The notes beneath the pieces were generated by a model. That model was not told the DNA's origin and did not search any database. It worked only from the letters and a program-made list of their open reading frames with translations. The translations under genes and the position numbers were made by a program. From the IMG/VR virus record IMGVR_UViG_3300017917_003822, positions 206,630-270,629 of that record: a stretch of DNA of 64,000 bases. One strand, given 5' to 3'. This DNA is from a virus. Below, in pieces: positions 27,139-35,796 of this stretch; the stretch's first letter is position 1; every line of letters starts with the position of its first letter.

Positions 27139-27527
27139 AAAGTAAATTTTACTTTCAAGCAGGAAAGGTCCATTCAATTACATTAACTCCAGAAAGGGAA
27201 TCCGGTTACGAATGGTTTGAAGCAATTCCAGAACAATCCAAAAAGTTCCTAGGATTTACAATCGGTACCATACCATCAGTTCCAGCTGGATGGTCTGATT
27301 ATGAAGATGGCAGATTACGAAAAGAATCATCATATTTCGAACAGTACTCCTGGTATCGTGTTGACGAGGTAAATAAAAAAGTCTTTAATAAAGCAAACAT
27401 TAGCATTCGCTTTAATTATAAGGAGAGTTATGGAATGAATTTTAATTCTAATGAGGAGGCTCAACAGTGGATTGACGATTTAATCAAAGAAACCGGATTG
27501 GAATTTTCAGTAATCGTTAACAAATAA
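27135..27527 (+). CDS. hypothetical protein
   Basis: 130-aa ORF. Confidence 0.35.
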   Translation: MKSKFYFQAGKVHSITLTPERESGYEWFEAIPEQSKKFLGFTIGTIPSVPAGWSDYEDGRLRKESSYFEQYSWYRVDEVNKKVFNKANISIRFNYKESYGMNFNSNEEAQQWIDDLIKETGLEFSVIVNK

Positions 27528-27533
27528 GCATAA

Positions 27534-27565
27534 TTTTTTTATGCCGAGGATATTTTATATCTTTG
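27534..27565 (+). promoter_or_regulatory. promoter-like motif copy 7
   Basis: TTTTTTT-ATGCCGAG-N9-TATCTTTG. Confidence 0.4.
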
Positions 27566-27582
27566 TTAAAAAATAAAAAATA

Positions 27583-28341
27583 ATGGAAGAAAATGTTTTC
27601 GATAGGGGTTTACCTAAATGGCCAGCTCTAGTAGTAAAAGGGAAACCCGTTACGAAAGATCAGGCTAAGGAGATCATAGTTCGAACCTCTGGATTTTATT
27701 TTGGATGTAACGACAGGGAGTGGGAATCAATTATAAACGAGCTCATCTTCGGAATTCGAGCAACTAGTAACGAATTCGATAAGTTGCTGAAAGAAAAACA
27801 TGGAATAGACGAAAAGGATTTCAATAAATTCTGGGAAGTCAAGGAGAGTTATTACGAAAAATATAGCCCTGTAGAGAATCTTGACTATCTAACAAATAGT
27901 AGGATTTCGTCAGCCTGGATTGGTGGACCACATGGATGGTGCTCGTGGAACGGTAAGATTGGTTGTTCTAATTACAACATCGGAAAATACCCATCAGTTA
28001 CGGATGTCTATAACGAATGGGTAGAAATAGCCAAAGCATTTCCATTTCTAGATCTTAAATGTCAACTTATGAATGGAGAGGCTGGAGAGGACGAAGTTCC
28101 AGTTCCAGTTGTTGAATTCGAAGTTAAAGATGGGGAGGTTAAGGCATACGCTCCGAAAGAAATTCTAGATTACCCTTGCTTCGGATCTGATGATATTGCA
28201 CTTAGATTTTCAAATCCGTATGCGGAGAGAGGCTGTGACAGAGAAACCCTTAAAGATGCGCTTGAATACGTTTCAGCGGAATTTGTAACAAGAGAAAAAA
28301 TCAAGAAAAATGAATTTTGGGTGGATTTACCCGAAATCTAA
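27583..28341 (+). CDS. hypothetical protein
   Basis: 252-aa ORF downstream of promoter motif. Confidence 0.4.
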   Translation: MEENVFDRGLPKWPALVVKGKPVTKDQAKEIIVRTSGFYFGCNDREWESIINELIFGIRATSNEFDKLLKEKHGIDEKDFNKFWEVKESYYEKYSPVENLDYLTNSRISSAWIGGPHGWCSWNGKIGCSNYNIGKYPSVTDVYNEWVEIAKAFPFLDLKCQLMNGEAGEDEVPVPVVEFEVKDGEVKAYAPKEILDYPCFGSDDIALRFSNPYAERGCDRETLKDALEYVSAEFVTREKIKKNEFWVDLPEI

Positions 28342-28361
28342 TTAACTAAATTATAGAAAAA

Positions 28362-28904
28362 ATGAAATTAAATTTAAATTCAACATCAGCAAGATTATAT
28401 CGATGGGTATTTGCAACTAGTAGAATGCCAGATTCTCTTTGTCCATATTTTTGGAAACTCGTACTTATGTGGATCGTCTTGATTCCATACACGATACTTT
28501 CCTTGCCGTATATGACGATTCAAAAATTGTCAGAAGGCGATTTTTTCGAAAGAGGAAGTTCTTTCGGTGAAAAGCCTGGTTCAGGTTTGGTGATTTGGGG
28601 AGCTATTTATTTAGCTGGAGTTATGCTCTTCTCAATCTCAGTTTTTTGGGTCGATTTTCCAAAAGAATCGTTCGCTGAACACATGCAGATTTTAGGAATT
28701 TTCCTGTGGATCATCACATTAGGTGTTGGCGGATGGAACGGTACTAAATGGTTGATTGAGAAGTATAAGGACTCTAAAATAAAGTACGATGAAAATGGTT
28801 ACCGAATCTGGGAACCGGTTAAGGAAAAATCTGACTCAATCATAGTATCATTCGTTAAATCGACGTACCATAAGTACTGTCCTAAAATTGAATGGTTTAA
28901 ATAA
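28362..28904 (+). CDS. membrane protein
   Basis: Several hydrophobic helices. Confidence 0.4.
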   Translation: MKLNLNSTSARLYRWVFATSRMPDSLCPYFWKLVLMWIVLIPYTILSLPYMTIQKLSEGDFFERGSSFGEKPGSGLVIWGAIYLAGVMLFSISVFWVDFPKESFAEHMQILGIFLWIITLGVGGWNGTKWLIEKYKDSKIKYDENGYRIWEPVKEKSDSIIVSFVKSTYHKYCPKIEWFK

Positions 28905-28912
28905 TAGAAATC

Positions 28913-29350
28913 GTGGAAGAGAAAGATTTAAGGAGTTTGTCTCAGAGAATGAAGGATTGGTTTGATAGTCCGGAGGGAAGGAAGTCAGCCGAGGACTACT
29001 TCGAAAAGCTTAAAAAGAAAGAAGAGGTTTTAGAAAAAAGATGCGAGAGATTAAAAACTCATTTTAGTGACAATCAATCTTTCGATTCTCTAATGTCAAG
29101 GATCTTAGAGAAACAAGAAAAATACGACAAGAGACACTATTACACGTATACCGAGAGGCCTCTGCATGTAACCGATCTGGTCTGGGAATTGGCTTCAAGC
29201 GAGGGAACCCCAATCGAACCAGTTGATGGTTTAACGGAAAACTTTCCCTCCTCTATCTATGAATATTTTGGATATCAATTTGCTATCACACACGGACAAG
29301 GTTCGGTGTTAAGCATCTACAAAAACAAGGAATGCTTGTATAGAAGTTAA
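28913..29350 (+). CDS. hypothetical protein
   Basis: 145-aa ORF. Confidence 0.35.
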   Translation: MEEKDLRSLSQRMKDWFDSPEGRKSAEDYFEKLKKKEEVLEKRCERLKTHFSDNQSFDSLMSRILEKQEKYDKRHYYTYTERPLHVTDLVWELASSEGTPIEPVDGLTENFPSSIYEYFGYQFAITHGQGSVLSIYKNKECLYRS

Positions 29351-29360
29351 TCTGGTAATT

Positions 29361-29738
29361 ATGAGAATAAGAATCAATAACATAGAGTGCAGAAAGTACA
29401 CATCAACAAAAACTGATGATGTTCATTATGAGATCATAAAATGGGAACCTAATGAATACTTCGGTCAGGAGGAGAAACTGAGAAAAGAGGGTTATGAGGA
29501 TAGCTTTGGTGGCGATTTTCTAGTGAAGAATGGACATAATATACAAAAAACATTTTTCTCTAGTCCTGAATATTGCTTTACTATAGCATCATTATATCTC
29601 AATAGAAGAGAACCTTGCGTGTATTTAGAAAGCGTAGCTTCAAGACTTCTTGACTTGAACGAAGACGAGATCAAAGATTTTTTTGAGGTCTACAGATCAG
29701 CTGTTCCTAGGATAGAGAAAAAACATTTTAGAGATTAG
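29361..29738 (+). CDS. hypothetical protein
   Basis: 125-aa ORF. Confidence 0.35.
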   Translation: MRIRINNIECRKYTSTKTDDVHYEIIKWEPNEYFGQEEKLRKEGYEDSFGGDFLVKNGHNIQKTFFSSPEYCFTIASLYLNRREPCVYLESVASRLLDLNEDEIKDFFEVYRSAVPRIEKKHFRD

Positions 29739-29741
29739 AAC

Positions 29742-29894
29742 ATGGACAGAGAAACTGAAAAAATCTGGATTGGAATTCTCATCTTTCTTTTCGGATTTGC
29801 TGCAGGATATTTGCTTGCAAGTTCTATTCTAGATAAGAGGGAAGTTACTGAGGAGGATATGATAGAATTAAATAAAACACAATACTACGAATAA
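29742..29894 (+). CDS. small membrane protein (50 aa, not in track)
   Basis: MDRETEKIWIGILIFLFGFAAGYLLASSIL... Confidence 0.25.
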   Translation: MDRETEKIWIGILIFLFGFAAGYLLASSILDKREVTEEDMIELNKTQYYE

Positions 29895-29895
29895 T

Positions 29896-30228
29896 ATGAA
29901 AACAAAAATTGTTATTTTGATTGGGCTTCTACTTGCTCTTATCATTGCGTGCGAGGAAGCTGGGATCACCAGAACTAAAATACAGGGCACGGAGGGAAAC
30001 CTACCTCCAGAATTGAAGGGATTAAAGATCTATGACGTTTCTACCGGAGGTGGATCTTATGTTAAGGTTGGTATTTTAAACGGAGAGGTCAATGGACTAA
30101 CATACCCGAAGGGAAAACTTCAGGAATCTTTAATAATGGTCCAGAACGGTAAAAATAGAGTAATAGAAATTGAATCAATCATTTCGGAAAATGATTCCAT
30201 CATCGTTGTTAAAAAATCAACCAAGTAA
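29896..30228 (+). CDS. putative lipoprotein
   Basis: MKTKIVILIGLLLALIIAC has a lipobox-like Cys. Confidence 0.4.
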   Translation: MKTKIVILIGLLLALIIACEEAGITRTKIQGTEGNLPPELKGLKIYDVSTGGGSYVKVGILNGEVNGLTYPKGKLQESLIMVQNGKNRVIEIESIISENDSIIVVKKSTK

Positions 30229-30437
30229 TGGTATCTGCTGATTTTAAAAGAATGATGTCCGAGAGTGACGGTAGTCAAAGATCAAAAGAATATATCGAAC
30301 AACTTGCAAGACAACACGGCTACATTCTTGAATGGGATAAAGGGATTGCTTATGCCGAGACCAGATGTGGCTGGAGGGAAGAGATGCAAAGAGATAGGGA
30401 AGCAGTAAGAAGAGCCAAAGCTAGAGGTTGCTTTTAA
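30228..30437 (+). CDS. hypothetical protein
   Basis: 69-aa ORF. Confidence 0.3.
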   Translation: MVSADFKRMMSESDGSQRSKEYIEQLARQHGYILEWDKGIAYAETRCGWREEMQRDREAVRRAKARGCF

Positions 30438-30449
30438 AAATATAATATT

Positions 30450-30650
30450 ATGAACGAAAAAGACGAAAAAATGAATGATGATTTATGGTGTCACTACAGC
30501 AATCTTCCCTCGCCGATGGCTTACGCCGAATGTGCAGATTATGACAGCATGGGAAATCACGGGAGATTTCCGGAAACAAAGAAAAAGAATCCTAAATCAA
30601 TTCTTAAAAGGATGAAGAAGCTAAAATTAATCTCAACAATACTTCATTAA
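30450..30650 (+). CDS. hypothetical protein
   Basis: 66-aa ORF. Confidence 0.3.
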   Translation: MNEKDEKMNDDLWCHYSNLPSPMAYAECADYDSMGNHGRFPETKKKNPKSILKRMKKLKLISTILH

Positions 30651-30667
30651 TTATCAAGACTAGAAAA

Positions 30668-31153
30668 ATGAATAAAGAAAATCAACCATGGCTAAGAGCC
30701 AGCATTAAAATAACAAAACCAATAGTTCTAATTGATATGGACGGGGTTATTTGTGATTTTGATAAGAGAGCTAAAGAACTGGAGGCACAAGGTATTAAAG
30801 GTCACAGTCTTTTCAAACATCCGAGTGCATACAGAGCTTTAGAACCCATAGAAGGAGCGGTTGATGCATGGCACGATTTACAGGATAAGTACGAGACCTA
30901 TATTTTAAGTACTCCACCTTGGAGTAATCCTGATGCTTGGTCAGAAAAAAGAATCTGGGTTCAGCAGTATCTAGGTGACAGTGCTAAGAAAAAACTGATC
31001 CTATGTCACAACAAAGGTCTAGTTATCGGTGATTATCTTATCGATGATCGAATTGCCAACGGTGTAGCTGATTTCAAGGGGGAACACATTCACTTTGGAA
31101 CAGATAAGTTTCCTGGATGGGAAAGTGTACTTGAGTATCTTAAATCTAAATAA
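30668..31153 (+). CDS. 5'(3')-deoxyribonucleotidase (NT5C-family HAD phosphatase)
   Basis: VLIDMDGVICDF (DxDG HAD motif I) and LIDDR align with cytosolic 5'(3')-deoxyribonucleotidase. Confidence 0.7.
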   Translation: MNKENQPWLRASIKITKPIVLIDMDGVICDFDKRAKELEAQGIKGHSLFKHPSAYRALEPIEGAVDAWHDLQDKYETYILSTPPWSNPDAWSEKRIWVQQYLGDSAKKKLILCHNKGLVIGDYLIDDRIANGVADFKGEHIHFGTDKFPGWESVLEYLKSK

Positions 31154-31170
31154 TATGAATTTTGATATAG

Positions 31171-31404
31171 ATGAGAGGTGGCTTTAAATCTCTAAGAGAT
31201 CAGTATTATGACATTATATTAGGAAAGGTCATGATACCCAAGGAAGATCTCAATGAGGTAGAAATGGAAATAATCGATGCTGGTTTCGAACTGATGAAGG
31301 AAAAACTTGAGGATATAAAAATTCTCAATGATGAGATAAAGAGACTATCGATAGAGAACGCAAATCTAAAAGCATATAACGACGATAAAGAATACGGTGA
31401 ATAA
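31171..31404 (+). CDS. hypothetical protein (coiled-coil)
   Basis: 77-aa ORF. Confidence 0.35.
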   Translation: MRGGFKSLRDQYYDIILGKVMIPKEDLNEVEMEIIDAGFELMKEKLEDIKILNDEIKRLSIENANLKAYNDDKEYGE

Positions 31405-31427
31405 TTTTTATTCACCGTATTCTTTTA
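31389..31427 (+). terminator. rho-independent terminator
   Basis: ~16-bp stem AGAATACGGTGAATAA/TTATTCACCGTATTCT, then TTTTA. It overlaps the gene's 3' end. Confidence 0.55.
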
Positions 31428-31452
31428 TTAATCTTGCTAAAAAATAAAAAGG

Positions 31453-32196
31453 ATGTTTAAATTTTACGAAGTAGGTGGAAAAGTTAGAGATGAGATTTTA
31501 GGTCTAGAATCTAAGGACGTTGATTATGTTGCAGTTCCGAACGATGGGCTATTGGAAAAGAATCATGACGCTTATGAGATGTTTGTCATTCTCGAAACCT
31601 ATCTGCACAATCAGAATTTTGAAATTTTTCTAACAACACCAGAATGCTTTACGATCAGAGCAAAATTCCCGAAGGATCATAAATATCAAGGGGTTGCTGA
31701 TTTCGTGATGGCAAGGAAAGAGGTTGGATACATTCAGGGTACAAGAACTCCGATCATTAAACCTGGAACACTATATGATGATCTTGAAAGAAGAGACTTT
31801 ACTCTTAATGCACTAGCAAGAGATGAAGACGGTCAAATTATTGATTATTTCAATGGTTTAAACGATCTAAATGAGAAAAAGCTTGTAACCCCTCTGGAAG
31901 CAAAAACAACGATGCTAGACGATCCCTTAAGGCTTCTAAGAGCTTTCAGATTTTCAATCACCAAGGGATTTGAGATATCACCGGACATTATGAATACCTG
32001 CACGAGCAACGAGGTTATAGATAAGTTGGAGACTGTTGTTTCTCAGGAAAGAATCCGGGAGGAGATTTTTAAAATGACGAAGCATGACACATTAGGTACG
32101 TTGGAACTATTCGAGAGAATAAGAGTTCTAAACCCAAGAATTTTGAAAATTATATTCAGTAACGGTATGTGGCTAAAACCAACAAACGAGAAATAA
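31453..32196 (+). CDS. class II nucleotidyltransferase, CCA-adding enzyme / poly(A) polymerase head-domain type
   Basis: N-terminal YEVGGKVRDEILGLESKDVDYV matches the GG.VRD..LG...D.D head-domain signature. Confidence 0.55.
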   Translation: MFKFYEVGGKVRDEILGLESKDVDYVAVPNDGLLEKNHDAYEMFVILETYLHNQNFEIFLTTPECFTIRAKFPKDHKYQGVADFVMARKEVGYIQGTRTPIIKPGTLYDDLERRDFTLNALARDEDGQIIDYFNGLNDLNEKKLVTPLEAKTTMLDDPLRLLRAFRFSITKGFEISPDIMNTCTSNEVIDKLETVVSQERIREEIFKMTKHDTLGTLELFERIRVLNPRILKIIFSNGMWLKPTNEK

Positions 32197-32198
32197 TT

Positions 32199-32420
32199 AT
32201 GGACAAGAAAAACGAGTTTAAAAACGTAATCCCAGGCAAAATCTATAGACACTATAAGGGAGGTCTGTATGAGGTTTTACATTTAGCAACGCACACTGAT
32301 GACGATTCGATAATGGTCATCTATCGCTCAGTTCACTTCGGAACATATTATGCTAGACCATTGTCTGATTGGAACACACCAGTAAACAACAACCCAAGAT
32401 TTTATGAATACAACGGATAG
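32199..32420 (+). CDS. DUF1653-like hypothetical protein
   Basis: GKIYRHYKGGLYEV...HTDD...VIYRS...W.RP pattern. ATG at 32199. Confidence 0.35.
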   Translation: MDKKNEFKNVIPGKIYRHYKGGLYEVLHLATHTDDDSIMVIYRSVHFGTYYARPLSDWNTPVNNNPRFYEYNG

Positions 32421-32715
32421 GAACAAATTTTTAGAAATGGATGGACTTTATTGGGAATCTGAGACCCATGAATGGTTCAATGACAAGATATCTACGGATT
32501 ATGCCAGAAAAAAATCCGTTCTATGGGGAAGCGGAGAACAGAACGATGCACTGGACGTAGTTTGCTTTGTGGTTAGAAACAAAGAGACCGGAGAGTATGA
32601 TCGGGTTATGGTTGACGCTAAAACTAGTCAGCCAATCTACGATACAAAATCACTGGAGGATCTTTCATACAAGATAGATCAAATGAAAGTAACAAAAAGA
32701 TTCAACAATGCCTGA
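32404..32715 (+). CDS. hypothetical protein
   Basis: 103-aa ORF. Confidence 0.35.
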   Translation: MNTTDRNKFLEMDGLYWESETHEWFNDKISTDYARKKSVLWGSGEQNDALDVVCFVVRNKETGEYDRVMVDAKTSQPIYDTKSLEDLSYKIDQMKVTKRFNNA

Positions 32716-33445
32716 ATTTAAACTACTTTGTCCCGTCTGTAGATCTGAACTGGAGATTACACACACCGGTCGATATCAGGATATGTGCGAGCATGTATCA
32801 AATCCAAATTCCGAACCTAGCCTGAAGGATGGCTACCAATGCACAAACGTTGATTGGTGCGAAGCTGCACTGATGAATTTCACTTGGATAGCTGACGGTG
32901 ATGTTTTTCTATCTGATCCTCCACCAGGAGTAACAAGAAGTGGTGCGTTTGATAAACTAGAGAAGTTAAGCACCAGTGGCATGACATATGCGATAAACTC
33001 ATGGAATCATTTTTACCGTAGAGGCAAAGCTGAAATAGCTAAACGTTCTAGAAAAATTCATATCGGGAAATATACACTCAAGATCGAACCTAAAGAACTT
33101 GGATATAAGTACCCAACGTATAAACAATATATGCCAAGTACATTCAGCTGGAGATATGAGATATGGAAAAAAAATGAAAATCACACTTCAACACATATTA
33201 TACCAATCCATGAAATGGTCCTTTATACAGTCGGTAGCTTTAAAAGAACCTATGGATTAATTCAGAGGGGAAGTGAACACAAGTCTAATGTAAGAGAATG
33301 TATGGAATATATGACAGGGAGAAGGTATGGTCAGGATGACGATAGACTCTATGTCAGAATTTCGGCATTTCTGATTAAATTTTTATATCCGCTAAAATGC
33401 AGAAAGATACGAAGATTAACTAAAGAATTGAATATAACATGGTGA
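32708..33445 (+). CDS. hypothetical protein with N-terminal CxxC zinc-ribbon
   Basis: LLCPVCRSEL...CEH. Confidence 0.4.
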   Translation: MPEFKLLCPVCRSELEITHTGRYQDMCEHVSNPNSEPSLKDGYQCTNVDWCEAALMNFTWIADGDVFLSDPPPGVTRSGAFDKLEKLSTSGMTYAINSWNHFYRRGKAEIAKRSRKIHIGKYTLKIEPKELGYKYPTYKQYMPSTFSWRYEIWKKNENHTSTHIIPIHEMVLYTVGSFKRTYGLIQRGSEHKSNVRECMEYMTGRRYGQDDDRLYVRISAFLIKFLYPLKCRKIRRLTKELNITW

Positions 33446-33786
33446 GAATGAGCAGACAAAGTGGGAGGACATCAAAAATAGCTCTTTTTGCAGCTACCCA
33501 GCTATTCGAGGTTGGACAGGTGGTCGTTACAGATCACACCTCATTTGAATATAAGTCAGCTAGAAATGATACTCAGATGTATCTTGTTGATAAGATCAAA
33601 AGAATATATCATGCCATTAATTCGAGGGACACTGATGAGTATGAAATTCATCATAACATAATCCCAGCTGGACAGAGAGGGCGTAATGATTTTATGGTTG
33701 TTCATCTATGGGTGGAATTTAAAAAGAAGAGAAAAAATACTGAAGATGAGGAAGTTGAATGGATAAAACTAAAAGATTATGAATAA
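33439..33786 (+). CDS. hypothetical protein
   Basis: 115-aa ORF. Confidence 0.35.
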   Translation: MVRMSRQSGRTSKIALFAATQLFEVGQVVVTDHTSFEYKSARNDTQMYLVDKIKRIYHAINSRDTDEYEIHHNIIPAGQRGRNDFMVVHLWVEFKKKRKNTEDEEVEWIKLKDYE

Positions 33787-34033
33787 AGCAAAATATGTAA
33801 TAGTAGAAGGAAGTGCCATCGTTTTCTCTGCAGCTATCCAACATAAAGATATGGTTGGATTTAACCAAAAATGCGAGGGTGCTGGGTTTGTAACTTTTTA
33901 CACACAATTGGATACCTACGGTGATACCATTATCAAAGCCGATTGTTATGGTGAATCAATTTCACTTGGGATTAAATCAAGAGGGGCTGAAGATAGCGCC
34001 ATTGTAACCAGACAAATTTCAAACATCTTCTGA
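33779..34033 (+). CDS. hypothetical protein
   Basis: 84-aa ORF. Confidence 0.3.
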   Translation: MNKAKYVIVEGSAIVFSAAIQHKDMVGFNQKCEGAGFVTFYTQLDTYGDTIIKADCYGESISLGIKSRGAEDSAIVTRQISNIF

Positions 34034-34037
34034 TAAC

Positions 34038-34457
34038 ATGTACAGAGAATATTCACTTCTTGAAATTGGTAAACCAAATTCTATTGGCAACATCTATGAC
34101 AGAGAAGGTGTTGAAAAGATATTAGAGATATTTCACGATAAGGGCTCTCTATCGGGCGAATTTGTTGAAACACGTACGGGGGAAAGGGATTCGATTTTAT
34201 CTAAAACTCATGACATACATCACATGTATGTCGAGGACGATTTCTTGGTGATAGTGGTGAAATTTATGGACACTAAAAACGGGAGGATAGCAGAGAGAGC
34301 GTTTAGTGAGGGTGAGGCCGTATTTAGACCAACGATCAGAGGAAAAATCAACTACGATACTCAAATAATCAAAGTGATTGATGTTATAAGCATAGATCTG
34401 ATCTCAATAAACGATAGAATAACATCCCCCGATATATCATGGAAAAAATTAAAATAA
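34038..34457 (+). CDS. hypothetical protein
   Basis: 139-aa ORF. Confidence 0.35.
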   Translation: MYREYSLLEIGKPNSIGNIYDREGVEKILEIFHDKGSLSGEFVETRTGERDSILSKTHDIHHMYVEDDFLVIVVKFMDTKNGRIAERAFSEGEAVFRPTIRGKINYDTQIIKVIDVISIDLISINDRITSPDISWKKLK

Positions 34458-34468
34458 CCTTCAAATAA

Positions 34469-34500
34469 TTTTTTATTACCGAATAACTTATCTACATTTG
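34469..34500 (+). promoter_or_regulatory. promoter-like motif copy 8
   Basis: TTTTTT-ATTACCGA-N10-TACATTTG. Confidence 0.4.
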
Positions 34501-34527
34501 TCAAACAATCTTAAAAAAAAAGAAGTC

Positions 34528-34944
34528 ATGGCGGTAATATCAATCAATTACGACGGAGGCGGTAAAGAATATGACGATAACGATAACGTTATTGGGGAAA
34601 TACCAATAGTATACGAATCAGTTGAACTGAGTATCTCAGGTTCAGACAGAATTATTTTTTCTAGTGGTAATTTTATTAAAGATTGGTATGATGCTAAGAA
34701 GAAATATCTGGAGAATGATGAGGATCCAGTTTTTTGTCACTCGTCATCAGTCGATCATTTCTTCATGGACGGTGCAAAATACGACAGCGCATATCTACAT
34801 GTTGTTGACGGGTCACCAGTTCTTAAGTATTTAGATCGAACCAAGGAAGATTGGTATCTAGATCCAATTGGTGAAGGATGGGAATTCTTTGTTAACGAGG
34901 GAGAAACCCCAACATTTGAAGAACTTAAAGAGTTTTGTAAATAA
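34528..34944 (+). CDS. hypothetical protein
   Basis: Track start 34498 is TTG inside the -7 box. ATG at 34528 gives MAVISINYDGGG. Confidence 0.35.
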   Translation: MAVISINYDGGGKEYDDNDNVIGEIPIVYESVELSISGSDRIIFSSGNFIKDWYDAKKKYLENDEDPVFCHSSSVDHFFMDGAKYDSAYLHVVDGSPVLKYLDRTKEDWYLDPIGEGWEFFVNEGETPTFEELKEFCK

Positions 34945-35564
34945 TGAAAGCCACTGTAAAATATGATGTTCTTTTCTACAATGGTGAAAGGGGAACGGTA
35001 AGAGAAACGTACGATTGTCCAGACTTTGAGGATATGGGTCCACAACAGGTAGTAATAAACGGAGAAAAAATCTCGGACGAGTACAACAACACAATAGAGA
35101 ACCAGATCGATGAATGGGTCTCGGATCTTGATAAGAGAGACTTAATGAATTCCAGAGACATTGCCATCATATTTAATTGGGAGATTATATCGGCTAAAAA
35201 GGAGACAACCAAAAATTTAATCGTCAAAGAAAGAAAGCTTACCCAGTCTGAGTTGGTTGGTTTATTTGTTAAGATGTCTCCAATGTCAGACGAATTAAAA
35301 ACTGAATTCGTTGCAGTTTACAAGGAACTAAAACCATCAATCAAGAATCTTAAGTTCGACAAGCAAATTGATATAACATTCAAGGGATTAAATATTGGAA
35401 TGAAAGCTGCGAGTCAGGCATATAAGTACATTAACGAATTTTCAAAGACCATGAGCGATATGAAAACTGAGGACTATAAATCTGTTTCATGGGGAGAAAC
35501 GGTTTTTAATAAAAAGAAGATGTTGGAGGATGCTAAGGAAAAAACAACTAAGAAATTAGAATAG
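34944..35564 (+). CDS. hypothetical protein
   Basis: 206-aa ORF. Confidence 0.4.
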   Translation: MKATVKYDVLFYNGERGTVRETYDCPDFEDMGPQQVVINGEKISDEYNNTIENQIDEWVSDLDKRDLMNSRDIAIIFNWEIISAKKETTKNLIVKERKLTQSELVGLFVKMSPMSDELKTEFVAVYKELKPSIKNLKFDKQIDITFKGLNIGMKAASQAYKYINEFSKTMSDMKTEDYKSVSWGETVFNKKKMLEDAKEKTTKKLE

Positions 35565-35568
35565 ACAT

Positions 35569-35718
35569 ATGGAAACTATTTATATTATCTCAATTTTACT
35601 ATTTTTTAATCTGTTGTTATTCTTAATTATCTACATGGACAAAAAGATCTCAGAACTACCAGACAACCACCGCTTTAAGAAATGGTGGGAGAGAAATATA
35701 ATAGGTCCGGAGGAATAA
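35569..35718 (+). CDS. small membrane protein (49 aa, not in track)
   Basis: METIYIISILLFFNLLLFLIIYMDKK... Confidence 0.25.
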   Translation: METIYIISILLFFNLLLFLIIYMDKKISELPDNHRFKKWWERNIIGPEE

Positions 35719-35796
35719 TATTTATCAACAACTAAAATTTTTATAATAAGGAATGACTAAATTTGTAATTTTTAACTTTAATTTTAATTTATATTT

